The translations under genes were made by a program, and so were the position numbers. From assembly GCF_009914755.1 (NCBI RefSeq), contig NC_060928.1: DNA of 64,000 bases, one strand, 5' to 3'. Positions 13,506-27,485 of the stretch are shown piece by piece. The notes under the pieces are model-generated. The model was not told the DNA's origin. It searched no databases and saw only the letters and a program-made list of their open reading frames with translations. This stretch comes from the human T2T-CHM13v2.0 reference genome, Homo sapiens. Every line of letters starts with the position of its first letter. The stretch's first letter is position 1.

Positions 13506-16229
13506 GCAAAAAGGTTCAGGTACTGAACTGAATAATATCTATTAAGACCATATATACGTCTCCTTAAAAATTAGTTTTTAGGAGCTATGCCATACTATCC
13601 ACATGTCTAGCAAGTAAGACCTCTTATTATATCAGAAATTTACACCAGTCTTTTGTATCTGCTTACACATATGATGATACATGTGCTAAATCCACCATCT
13701 TAGCCTTCTAAAGCAATGATATAAGAATTATAATTCTTTATAATTCTATCTTCCCCTTTATACCTATTTGCTGGATGATCAATAATATGTACTGAATGAA
13801 ACAATAATAAAGCTACTTCATAGACTTCAGTCACAAATGCAAACAGGAAATTGAGACGCTCACTTTTGCACAAGGGCAATTAATTGCAAACAGGAACTAC
13901 AGATAAGCAGTTAAGCAATTATACCTACATACAAAGGTCAACAACCAGCCTTGCCTGTTCACTGAAGATCAAACTGAGTGCCTAGTATGGTAATCATGTA
14001 TAGGCAATTTAGGAAAGTGAATATATTACCTAAATTCTAATAAAGCTCGTAAGTGAAATTCATCACTTTTACCTTCTACATGGATTTAGCACAGTGCGTA
14101 GAGAAGATACTCAGTCAGCAGCAAAGACAAGAATGAATGGTGTGCATGCCCAAGGCTACTACAAATGACCACTCTGGCTATGTCCTACAGTACTCCAGAG
14201 GGCGCTATTTACCAGGCTACCATGTCATGAGACGTGTAGTGCAGACATGCCCAACCACCTGTGGCAACCCTGGGGAGCATCAGTCAGACTCTGACTTTTA
14301 TCCTAAAGCTGAAAAGCAATCACGGTAATGGCACAGATATGCTAAATATCCTTTGAGATCAACATAAACTGAAACAGGCCTAAAGAAAGAGACAGTTATT
14401 AAATGCCTACCTATGGGTTTGATTTTTACCCAGTTCTATAGGTGAATATGTTTTCAGCATCTGATTATAAGCTGCTAAAAGGCAAGTAGAGCATGCAAAT
14501 GTTATATACCAGAAGAAGTAAATGCCTTTTTTTTTTTTACTGCTGACTCTTATGTGATGACTTTGCAACCTTAGAGAAATCTGTAAGAAGAGGCTTCAAA
14601 AAATGCTGACTCAGAAATAATTTACAAACCATGCTTTTAAGACATGTTGGTGATTTTTATCCTCTTAAATTTGGGGAGTCAGTTTTGATTCTGAAAAGAC
14701 TGTTCATTTTACAGTAAGTGTCATGCAGTATATTTTGAATTTAGGCAGCTAATTATCAGGCAAGGCCCAAGTTTTTTGGCTCTGCTAACAATTATGGAAA
14801 TTTCCCCTATTTCTATAGTTTTCCATATAAAATACAGTATTTATTTGCTAGCATTTGCTGATCTTAAACGTGGTCCAATTAACAGCTGTAACACAAGATA
14901 CAAAAGTGACTTAAATTACTCCCAGATAATAATTTAAGATTCTTGGCTTACCAATTGAAATAACAAAAGTGGCCTTAGAACAAGTAACACAAAAGTCTGT
15001 AATTTAGAGCATCAAGACATTTTTTCCCACAATTATATAAAACTACATAGAAAAGAAAAAAAAACTCCTCCTGACTCTTGTTGAAAATCTCCCATAGAGA
15101 TCCAATGGCAGAATATACTGCAAAGTACCTGAGATGTTAGGCTTTAATCTCCTGGACCCTCAAGGCTATAATTTTTCCTGGTAATTCTAAAGCCACAGTT
15201 AACTACATAACAGAGAGCATCAGTCAGAATTTAAAAAGCAAAAGCAATAAACATTTTGCATGTTACTACAAATAAATAAATGGAATTTAACTAACTGGAA
15301 AGGAGTTAAGGGCTGGGAAAGAATATCATGGAAGTAGGGTGAGAGGTGAAAAAAAAAAATAACAACAGGAGACTGCCTTCATATTTGCCAAAAAATGTTC
15401 ACCATGCTTGGGTCAACCTCACACCTAGCATCTCTTCTCTACATGTCTGCACTTTTCTTAGATATACCTATACTTGGATTTTACTAAGAAAAGTAACAGA
15501 ATAATCACGTTTCATCTACCTTCACTCAAAAATTCTTGCCCAGCCTATAATTAATCATTCTTATCTGTTCCCCAAATATCTTAAGCTTTCAAAATTCATT
15601 CAATTTATTTAAACTCTTATTTATTGAGCACTCTTATTTACTGATACATTTACCAATATATCTGTGAAACTGACACAAATCCCTGCCTTCAAGGAGCTCG
15701 CATTCTAGTCTAGTCAAACTTATTTGGGCAAATAATCATTTTGGTATTTTTTAAAGTACTAAAATTCAATCCCATTTAAAAAGGAATTAACTAGCATCTA
15801 CAGGAATACTTAAATATTTACTGTTTTACTTACTATCACATTTTTCCAAGTAGCTATCAATACTCACCCAAGGTACACAGAGAAAAGTCCTTTGGGTGGT
15901 TGTCAGTAGTTTACATTCCTTCCCTGCCATGTGTGAAATCTCCTTTCTGTGTCATTTGAAAGCCATCCGTTTTTACCTTGGTGTGTGAATCGGGGTCATC
16001 TGTGGAGCTTCTGAAAAGCAGAGCTCAATTCAGACTTACTGAATAACAATCTCCCACAATAGGAGCTAAACATGTATATTCTTTAAAGCTCCATAGTTGG
16101 TTCTGATGCATACTCGTTTATGAACAATTCTTTCAAAAAAAAAAAAAAAACCCTTCAAAGAAGGTTGACAGCTTAGGTAAATACTATGGTTAAAAGAGAA
16201 CTTGCCTGTGAAGTTCCGCTACATGACAA

Positions 16230-16470
16230 TAGTAATAAAAATAATAATAGCTAAATCTTATTGTGCACTCACTGTATATCTTGCACTGTTCTAAACTGTT
16301 TCCCAATGTTCCTTCTTTCAGCCCTTCTAAAACTATTATTATCCCCATTCTGCAGGAAACTGGAACATGGAAAGGTTAAGTAACTCATGTAAAGTCCCAA
16401 AGCCCAGTAGGCATAAGGCTGGATTATGAACCCTGGCATAACTCTAGAGTGCCCATGCTCAGTCATGACT
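16230..16470 (-). mobile_element. MIR
   Basis: aataataatagcta...ctattattatccccattctgcaggaaactgga...aggttaagtaact. Confidence 0.65.
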
Positions 16471-16559
16471 TTGTAGAAGAATTTATTCTCACCATTCATT
16501 AATTTACTAATTAATTTACTTGGTAAAAAACAGGCATAGGTGTAAGATACATAAATATG

Positions 16560-16765
16560 TCTCTAGTTTTCCTCTGTAATACTTACCACAAATATATGCA
16601 ATTGTGTAATCTGTTTAATACCAATTTCTGCTAGGATATAAGGATTATGAGAAAATGAGCATGTCTCTCATTTACTATGTCACTGCCATATATAGCACAA
16701 TGCCTAATGCATGACAGCATTCAATAAATATTTGTAGACTGACTGATTCAATGAATGAATGATAG
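16560..16765 (+). mobile_element. L2 3' end
   Basis: tagcacaatgcctaatgcat...cattcaataaatatttgt...gaatgaatgaatga terminal repeat. Confidence 0.6.
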
Positions 16766-18555
16766 TCTGTAGACTACAGCTGTGTATTTCTTATTAAACG
16801 AGTCATACTTGTAAATGACTTAATCCAGAGCATTAGTGCTCTATCAAAGTACTGATGGAGAGCAGTGGGAGAAAGGAAGAAACAAAATGCCATCATATCC
16901 AGAGTACCGCTTGACTCTCTCAATAAGCCCATGACAGGCAGTGGAGGTATTATTATCCTATTGTAAGGGAAAAAATCCTCAACATGAGTATGTCTAGAAA
17001 TTCATGCTATATTCCCACAACCTGAGCATAGAACCAGAGAGATTGGTCCAAATCCCATTTTTGACACTTCTATCTGCGGCCTTAGACAAGCTCTTAACAT
17101 TACTGGCTTCAGCTATTTCATCTACAGAGAGAATTATGTACCCATCTTGCTTCTAATTCACTGATATATTCCAAAAACTTACAAGAATACCTAGAATATA
17201 GTTGGTGCTACATTAATTACCAAATTGTGAGGTTATTTAGGACCTTAATTATGAAAACATGTAAAAAAGTATTCAGCACTGTGACTAACAGAGTTAGTCA
17301 CAGTTCCCTTGTGACTAAATGTCCCCAAAATGTTTTCCTCACTTTCCTTTCTTTTAAAATCTTAAAACGAGTCTTTGTCCCCCTTCCTCATTTCAGACTC
17401 CTTTCTAAGCACATGTGGTCCCTTCTCTAATGAGTCTTAGGAGGTTTAGCCCTATTTCCATGAAATCACCTAGTTTTCTAATGCAGAGGGAAGCTGAATC
17501 TAGTTTTTAAATCAGGACAAATTCTAACTTACAATGGGAATTCATTTGCTTTCTTATTCCCACAAGACATATTAAACATAACTCTCTAAGTTCTCATTCT
17601 TTCTAAAACCCACGTCCTCACTTAAATATATTTTTTAATGATCCTGTAAAAAAAGGCTTCAAAACTTGCAATGCTACTTTATTTTCACAATTCAGACTAA
17701 TAAAATCAATTAACTACAAGGCACACATTAGATTTGTTTGCACTGAAGAACAATTAACTGGACATTTAAATCCAGCATTCCCAGATTTATGATAACCCAC
17801 ATGTACACGGAGCTCCACAAGCCAACTTCCCTCCTCAGACTCCTCTCTACAACTTCTTCCTCTTAGTGTAAAAGTAGAGCCATTGGGCCAGTGTAATAAT
17901 AACACAGCCCAGATTCTAAAGACAGATTCTGGGCACTGACAGTGGCTTTTAGGGATTAATGGAACAGGGCTTTTGCCTTTATTGGGGGATGAGGGGGTGA
18001 GGGGTGTAAGTGAAATGTCCTATAAGCTCAGGTACATTTCAATGAGGAATAGATGGATGTGTGGTAGGCAGGGTGTTTATTTGGCCTGTGGTAAGAGAGA
18101 GGCTGTGCTTGGATGTACAAAAGTTTGCAAACCTAGTGGTTCACAATTTGAGTGCTAAGGAAAAAAAAAGATCCAAACTTTAGAGGGCTTTTTTTTTCAA
18201 ACAGCAAAGTGAAACACTAGGTCGTTTCTGCAATTATATCCAGCCCTAGCAATTGACATTTTTATTAATTGCTAAAATGTAACAGTATCATATTTACACT
18301 ACACACTTATTCTTATCCACTAGAAAGACAGTGATGTCAGGATTTATATAGCTAGAGACATGAAAATGGACACAGAGATGAGGTCCCTCTGTAAGCATAC
18401 ATAAGTTTTAAATAACAGTTTAGCAAAGATGTCTTCCATCCAAATAATTTTAATTTTTCAATCAAAAAAATTCCTGATTTAGCTAAATTAATATAATAAT
18501 AACCTCTCTGTTTTATATTTGGAATTTTGCATTTAAATATTTCATTAAGAAAAAA

Positions 18556-18870
18556 AAGAGCATGGTGGATCATGCTTGTAATCTTCACATTTTGGTAGGC
18601 CAAGGTAGGAGGATCACTTGAGGCCACGACTTTGAAACCAGTCTAGGCAGCAGAGCAAGACCTTGTCTCAACAAAAAAATTTAAAAATTAGCTGGGAATG
18701 GTGGTGGGTGCCTGTAGTCCCAGCTACCTGGGAGGCTGAGGCATTAGGATCACTTGAGCCCAGGCATTCGAGGCTGCTGTGAGCTATGACTACACCACTG
18801 AACTCCAGCCCGGGCAACAGAATGAGACCCTTTCTTAAAACAAATAAACAAACAAACAAACACAAAAACT
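18556..18870 (+). mobile_element. Alu (AluJ-like)
   Basis: aggatcacttgaggcc...ggatcacttgagcccaggcattcgaggctgctgtgagctatga; (AAAC)n tail. Confidence 0.9.
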
Positions 18871-21800
18871 ACGCCCCCCCCACCCCGCCAGAAAAACAAA
18901 CTAACAAAAAAAACCACGTTGTTAACAAATAGTTTGGAAGTTACTGAAATCAATCAACTTTATATTTTCAAAATCTTTTAATATACTATGGCTCTATTAA
19001 ATATTTATGTTTTTATCAATAAGATTGTCTCCTTCAGTATTGCTTAAAATTGGCTCTTTTGAAACATGAACCTAAACGATGTATTTTCAAGGAAGTGAAA
19101 CAACCACACCATTTGTTAATTTTTTCATTAAGATATCACAAAATTAATTGGGGTTAGGGAATTCTTCACTAAAGTGCAATGACTTTAGGTACACTTATTT
19201 TTAAAAGAAATAATACATCGTTTTGTATTTATGTATTCTTATAATCTGGCTTAAATATTTTCTAAAACATCTTCTTGAATTAAGTACAACATTTCTTCCT
19301 AACAATGTATGAAAGCTTTAAGTATTATGAGAATAACTTTTAGGATGACAACAATATAAAGAATATGTGTGCAAACCTAAACACAAAATTATACATATTG
19401 TAAAGTATTTAAGGGGAGCCTGTGGGTGACAATGGAGGTATCCTTCTTAATCTAAAAGAATATAAAGTCTAAGGACATGAAGTGTAAGTCTGGGGAAGGT
19501 GAGATGCTCAGTTGGCCAAGAATAGTGAGATAGGGAAAGGGAACAAAGCCTGCGGTAAGATTGTAAAGCCTGGCACTCACACAAATACCACTTACTATAT
19601 GCCAGACAGCTATAAGAGCTTGACAGGTACTAACTCACTTAATCCCCACAACTCTAGGTAGACACTGAAACACAGTATACGTAACTTGAACAGTCACAGA
19701 GCTGGGAGGTGACAGAGCTGGGTTGAATCCAGGCACTATGGCTATAAAGGGGTGTACTTTGTGAAATCCATGTTCAGGGGGAAGTCAGAGGACTAAGGTA
19801 AGACTTAAAGTCCCGAAAAATATTTGGAGACATAACAAAGATCTAAGATAATCTATAATGCTAGAAAGAAAAGGTGTAAATGCCTTGAAAACAAATCCTA
19901 AAACAAAGACTAAAGAAAAGAAACAAAGAATTTTTGGAAGAAGAAGCTGGAATGACATCATCTTTGTTTCTGAAGCTATAGAAACTGGAAGGGGCCTGTA
20001 AAAGAAAAAACGTTTTACTTCTGAGAAATTAAAGGGAAGACTAAAGTTGACAGCTTGAATTAGAACTTAGGGGCTGACCTGTGGTAGACTTCTGGGAAAG
20101 AGTAATAGCCAACTATAATTGAATGAAATCAGAGAAAAGGGATCACCAGGTAATTCTTGTACCTTGTTAGCTGATGCATTTTATCAATGAGCAAATGGAG
20201 GCATAGGGAGTTGAAGTGATTTGCTCCAAGATTATTCCAGCTGGTCAGTGGCAGGTCCACCATTCCTTTCAACATACTACCTGATTTGGTTTTAGCCTTA
20301 ATGTTTCTTCCAGCTGCAATGCTGTATTATAACTCTATTAGAATGTTGGTGAAAAAAGGAGCATCTAAGGAGTCCAAAGGGACTTAAAGCTATCTACGAT
20401 ACATGCATATTAATTCTTTGTAATTCTGCAGCTGTATACCATATTAAAAGATGTGTATGCCTGAGTCTGTCCTATATTGTTGATGAGAAAGAAGCAGGTA
20501 GAAAGTAGTGCTCTTTGGTGTATGAAACATCTTCTATTTTCAAATGGAGAGGAATTGCCAGTAAGAAACCTCAGTATAGGAGTGGAGTAGTTTGCTCTTT
20601 AGGCATAAATACAATGATTTTGATTCTACCACACAGAGGAGTTAAGTTTAAGAAACTGAAAACATTCTATTTTATTCCATTTTCCACAGGAAATACAGAA
20701 TGGATATCTCTAGTACACTCCCATCAGCATTATATGGTCTCCACAAAACCTTACTCCCTCAAGTCTGAAGACATTTAAAAATAATTACGGGAGAAGATGA
20801 GGGAAACTTTCCCAGCAGTTAAACAGGGGTAGTCATGGAAGGCACAAACATCACGCCTCTCAGGTTATTACCTCTGTCCCGCTGCCAAACATGATGTAAG
20901 AAAGCAGAAGTGAGCTCTGGGTCAAGGACAAAATGAGCAGTACATTAAGGGATTGCTTTATTTAAAGGTCAGTAGGAAAAGGTCAGTTATTATGTGATCT
21001 ACAGGGTTTTTGTGAGTAGAAAAACTCATGTCTATTGCTGAAGAATAACTGTTAAATGTATTAGTGTATACAAACATTAAATTTTAATACAGCCAACAGA
21101 AATTAAATTGCAAAAGCAACAATAACGTGCTGCAGAAGTAAAGTCATCACCTTCTCCATTGTTATTCGGAAGGAAATAGATGACAAACAAAGAAGGGTCG
21201 GGGGACCTGGTGCAGAGAATCCACAAGAGCATCTAGAAGACCAGAGTTCTGGGCCTAGTTCAGCACTTTCCAGCTGTGAGTGGCAGTGCCTGACTGCTCC
21301 AAGCCTCCTAATCTGTAAGGCCAGTAGCTGGAGTAGTCTCTAATTCTCTTCCAAAAGTAAAATTATATGACTATTTAGAGCAGAAAATAGCACAGAAGAA
21401 AATCAAACATTCTTCAAAGTCAAGAATTTAGCAACAGAGATTTGTATGACCAATTATCAGACATATGGGGCAAATGACTAACCCTTGAGAACAATCAAGA
21501 TAGAGAAAATCACAGAGAACTGTTTATTAAATTTTAATTACTGTGACTAAAATACAACTACTGTGAAGCCCCCCCAAAAAACCACAGTGAAATGTGACAA
21601 ACACCAATAAAATGTGACCAATAAAATATCAATAGATATACGATATACTAGGATATTTTACTTAAAATTCCTAAATCCATTCCCTTTTCACCATGCTTTT
21701 TTCTATAGCCACAACATTATTCAAATTAAAAAGTAGTCAATTCACATATTATTCATATGAGAAGAATATAAAAGCATGCATATTTAAATAAGAAAATGTT

Positions 21801-23249
21801 TTTGTGAAACAGGCCTGCTATATTTTAAAGACAAAAGAAACACATGTAGGAGTGGAAGTTTCATTACGTTAACGACAGAAATCATTCTGGATATTGAAGT
21901 ACTCACAAAAATAAAACTAGTGGTTTTAAAATGTTCAGGAATTCATCATATGGTGGGAAGTTAAATCACACAATAACAAAAGTTGAGGTTATCTCTTACT
22001 TTGACACAGAGGTGTTTTTAAAGGGTAGCAGGAGGAAACCCTGATTAGACTAATCAAGATATTCCCTTTGAAGTCATGTAACATATAGTTGGAGTAAGAA
22101 ATGCATTCATAGAATGAAAACCAACAAGGGCTTTGAGATCACCTAGAATAACCTCTTCATGAATTACAGGAAGACATTGTCAGAACTGGCACAATCTCTC
22201 AGGATTCCTGATTCATAGTAGTCCTGTACTCTCATCACTTTTAGACAATAGTTTTCACTAATACTATTATTTTCACCCTCCTTTTCCTGTTAAGCTTGGG
22301 AAAAAAAGGGATTATTGTAGTTCAGTAATGTCAAGAAGATCCTAAACAAAACAACTATACTTTTACTTGGAACCAAAACAAATGTCAAACAACTCATATG
22401 AGTCAAATGAAAAGTGGAATTCAGGTGCTAAGAAAGTACATCAAACAAAGTAAGAAAAGGTTTATATAAATTCTATGAATTGAATTTTTGAATTTTCTAT
22501 TATAAATTATTTTAATTGTTTCTGATTTACATCAGAAGGGCAAATATGAAGTAAGTACTGAATACATCAGCAAATCTTTGATATATCTTACCAGGAATGA
22601 CTGTTGAATTAAGCACAAAAAAAAAACACAATTCCTATAACAATGACTATCATTATCCAGAGTACACTACTATATACCAAGAAATATTATTTTTTCTGTT
22701 TACTAAATATAAACATATATATCCATCCATTTACAGAAGGTTTCAGTGAATATATGTACATAGATCAATTTTAGTGGTAATAAGTGATATTTTTTGGTCA
22801 CTGAGTTCCTACTACATATCAGTTATTACGTGAGGAGCTTTTCAACATTATCTCAAGTCTCACAGCACTGTAAAGTAGAAATTATTTCAATCACTTGCAC
22901 AGAAGTTTAAATGAGGAGCATGTTAGGTAACTTGTGGGCAGGATTAGAGCCTATGTCTGTTTTATTCTAAAGCCAATGATCTTCTCACTAGGTGGCAAAG
23001 CATTACCCTTAAAACATGCCCATTACACATAAAATGCAGTTGTTATGTGAAAGAATCTAGAACACAAGCATGAATCCATGTTTCAGTTTTACTTTATATG
23101 CAAATATTCAGATTTTATTTGTCAGTAGCATGATGAATACTTAACAGTTTTAGCATTAGGCCTTGATTAATTAAGCAAAAAATCAAAATCTGCTCCAAAA
23201 AAGACTTACCTTTACATCTGAAATTTTTATTTAAAATCATGGTCATACT

Positions 23250-24400
23250 GCCCCTGAAAATAATGTATTCTATCTAACAAATATAGTCACACTGTCTCCC
23301 ATTGACCTCTACTGGACAGACTTTTGGTACTGTGCTCCCAGAGTCCTTTGACCAATCAGGATACATATTTTGCTAAAACCCTTCCTCTCTTTGCCTTTAC
23401 CATTCTAAATTGCATAATTATCCAGAGTAAGTCAACTCCGAAACCTCTAAAGGTCTATCCTCAAAAAGGCCATGTCTATTCCCATCATAATTTTACCACT
23501 GGTCCCTTTCTAGAAATAAGCATTTACATTTGTCATGACACCTAGACATCACTAAATCTAACATAAAACCCTCAAGTTGGTAAGTGTTCTTCACACAGCC
23601 CTCATATTAATGGAAGTGTTACTATTGCCCCTCTTGTCCTAATTCCTCAGATTCAATCCAATCACACATAAACCACCTCTGACAAATCCTTTCCTCATCT
23701 TCAAAACTAGCATTCCCTGGTCACTCTTAGTCAGCTGATAATTATTTCTATGACCCCTGGCTAACTCTCAATGATTCTTATTTTGTCTGTGGAACCTAAG
23801 TCTATTGGTCAAATCAACTGTTTCTTGTTATCACCAATCTTACAAATCCCTTCATCATATTTGACTCCCCACAATTTTCTTCTCTTTCTTGAACTATCTC
23901 TCGAACGATCACCCACTCCCCCTCCATTTCATCTCACTCTCATCGTAGAAAACAAAAGAGGTGTCCAGGTCATCACAAGTCCTCATGTAAGTGTAATATT
24001 GGTTCCTAGAGTGGTTCCTAGAGTGCTAGTTAAAGAAAATAGCTACAGAACTGAGCCTAGATTTCATCTACACTACTTTTAGGGAGAGGTTTGCCACCCT
24101 TTGGATACCATCCCAAGGAAATTATTACCTTGCTGAAAAAGTTAACTGAAAAACAGTGGGTTATCTACCCACTGCTGAAGCAATTCACTTTGTCCCTGGA
24201 CACCACCACCACTGGTCTCAATTTGGTGATTCATCAAATTAATAGAAACTCAGCATGCTGTCTTCCATAACTGCATCATCCTAGACATGATCCTGGCTGC
24301 AGAAGGGGGACTTGTGTAATGGTTGGAAGCCATGCTGTCTCTTTGTCCCCAGCAATCTATCTGATGTTTAAAGAGGTGAAACAAGTAATTTGTCTCATCA
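23250..24400 (+). pseudogene. Decayed endogenous retrovirus envelope (env) gene remnant, class I (gamma/epsilon-type TM)
   Basis: Motifs in order: TD(F)WYC 23316-23333 (CxxC-like), YFVCG 23779-23793, RRKQKR 23944-23961 (furin-type, same frame as YFVCG), VFHN(C)IILDMILAAEGG 24260-24310 (ISD), and C-VMVGS-x-CC 24313-24338 (CX6CC). Interrupted by stops and single-base frameshifts. Confidence 0.75.
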
Positions 24401-24937
24401 CTGCCATCAAGGTGACACCAGTGACTTCATGCTAAGAGCAACTGGACAATACTGAATGAATATGCTTCGTGCAGTACTTATTTCAGGGTAAATACTTAAT
24501 AAATACAAATTCTAAAAATATTTTAAAATATTTGAATCAAGATAATTTGTCAATCTTAATGCCTATTCTTCCATGTCTAGAAGAAATGTTTTCTTACAAT
24601 TTTTCACATCTAACTGACCCACTCCACCATCACTGTCCTAAATTTCTAATGTTTTACTGTATTAATTTCTGAAGAATCACTCAGGTCTACATTCAAATAC
24701 AAACATACTCAAAACCTACATGTAAAATATTATTTATATGAAGTCACCTCCATACTGTTAGTGCAGATAGTTATAATCTACACTTGTAGTACATCATTCT
24801 GTAGTCACCCAAAAATGATAGGACCATGATTAATGCACCCAAAGTTATATGTGCAAGTTGGCCAACATTAAGAACATGTGGTCACATCTAGCAGAGATGA
24901 GCAGAGGTGGAAACTGGGGACCTTCGAGGCATAGTAC

Positions 24938-25071
24938 TAGGAAAACCTAATATCCCTGTTTATCTGGAACAGTCCTGGATTAAATGTGCTGTGGTAGTAT
25001 AATTAGTAACAGCTTCCCTGTTTACTTTCAAAAGTGTACCAGTTTGAAGGATAAATTGTAGTATCATCCAA
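24938..25071 (+). mobile_element. MER94-like (hAT-Blackjack) MITE
   Basis: About 134 bp: tagg...gaacagtcctggattaaatg...tataattagtaacagc...tttactttcaaaagtgtaccagtttgaaggataaatt. Confidence 0.65.
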
Positions 25072-25526
25072 TTTGGCACCCATAATTAACAAGTGGGTTC
25101 TACTCATGATCTAAGAATTGGTAAAAAGCTAAAACATAGCTATGGGTCACTAGGGAGCTAGCAAAAATCATAACTGAGACAAAAAAGGACAGACTGTGAA
25201 AATAAAACCACTCTCCTTGCAGGCCATTTTTAAAAGGCCTGCATGTGAATCCACATTTAACCTACTGCCTGTGGACATCTGACAGTTAAGTTGTATTTCC
25301 TATTATTTATAATTGTATGCCTTAAATTTATTCTGGAAGTTGACCTTCCCTGATAATTACTGAAATTTCTTATTTTGAATCAATAATTAGCATTATATCT
25401 TACTACAGTAACCCTGGTAATAGAGAATTCACCAACAATATTCTCATACTGGGAATTTGAGAGCTACCCATAACCTAAACTAATGGTAAATTAGGTTTAC
25501 GGGTCATGATGATGTTAGGGTAATAA

Positions 25527-25862
<336 letters not shown>

Positions 25863-27485
25863 AATAAGTGTTGCTTTGATAATTTTTTAAAAATATTTAA
25901 GAATGTTAAAATAATATTGGTAAGTACTTTTTTCCCCTTTACTAGCTTTTCATGAGAATTTTTTCAAATTGGTAGACCATCACAAGTTTATGATCACCAT
26001 ATTAAAATTAAAAAAATAACATACTAAGTATCTCGACTTTCACAGACTTTTACTGGGTATATTATGGGCATTTATAAATATGTTGATGGCTACTAAGTAG
26101 AAGGAATTTAACATCAGAAAAGATATCAAATACTCAATACTCTAAAAACCTGAGGATCCTTTTTAAAACAAGGTCTACAAAGGTAACATAACAAAGCTCA
26201 AATAAAATAATATATTTCAAAGAAATGAAATTTACATAACTTAGAATATAAAGGGAAAACAAAAGTGTTTTAAAACTTATTTTAGTAAAAATAAAGTGGA
26301 GGTTCCTCTGTTATGCGAATAGTTTTGTCAATTTTTAACTTTCCTCAAATAAGTATAATCTGGAATCTAAAAGCAGGATTTGATAAAAATACACAGAAAA
26401 GCCCACTATACTTTGCAGCCAGACCACTCAAAAATCACATTTGACATAAAAAAGAAACACATTACAATGAAAGGATTATACAAAATAAAGTATCTTACAA
26501 TTCTATGATTATATGAATGTTTAGCAATATGAATTTGCCATGAGAGGCACACAAATGAGTTGTCACATCTTTAGATAAGAAATTATGAGGAGACTTACAT
26601 ATAGGGTGAGACAGGCTAAACAGCACAATTAGGGATGTTATAAATTATAACCATGAGCACTAGGAAGCCTATCAAAATCAAAATAAGAGTTGACAATAAT
26701 TTGATTGTAAAGTGATTTGTATGGAATAAAAAGGTAAGATTTTGAACAATTTCATATGTGATTATTTACTCTTAAGTTGTCATACTGGGCTATACTGTGC
26801 TTTTCTCTATTTCTAGGACAATAAAACCAGGAAAAATTGGAAAGCAGCCTTAATTTTTCTTTAAAAAAATAATTGCATAAAAGTATCTCTAAGACCTATC
26901 AACTTTTAAGGTGATAGACTGAGATTCAATTAACATTTTATTGGTATTAAACAAAATCAAATTGAATGAAACAATCATTAAGTACCTAATACAGACAGGC
27001 ATTGGGACAGATGTTAAGATTGCTTTCAAGAAGTTTTAGATACAGTTATTTCCCTCAAGGAATTTTCAGGATAGCTGGGAGAGAGAAGATACTACCTAAT
27101 AAACATTAAATAAAACAGGCTTAAGTATTAAAATGCACTGGGAACTAGGGGAAGAGAAAGACCTTGCTATCTGAGGAGTCAAGAAAATCTTTCCAGAAGA
27201 CGTAGGACCTGAGCCTGCTCTTGAGCATTGTACAGAGTTCACGATGGTGGGGAAAAACAAAACAAAACCACAACAACAAAACAGAAGGCATACCTCAGAT
27301 AGATCAAATTACTCGGATGTATCTCAAGTTAGAGAAACAAAGACAATCAAGGTTCATTAAAAGAACAATATATTGGCTTCTCTCTGGAAAAGAACAGGGT
27401 TTGCGGCAGGGACTGATGGTAGCTATGGTAGGATACATAGGTAACAATCTGCAGGAAAGGCATTAACAAATCTAGATTTTGTGTT

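Noticed and set aside
23771-24082. 103-aa ORF within the env remnant as a functional protein
   Set aside because: Most of it is out of frame with the YFVCG and furin motifs. The env frame itself has several stops and frameshifts, so no intact envelope protein or syncytin-like gene is supported.
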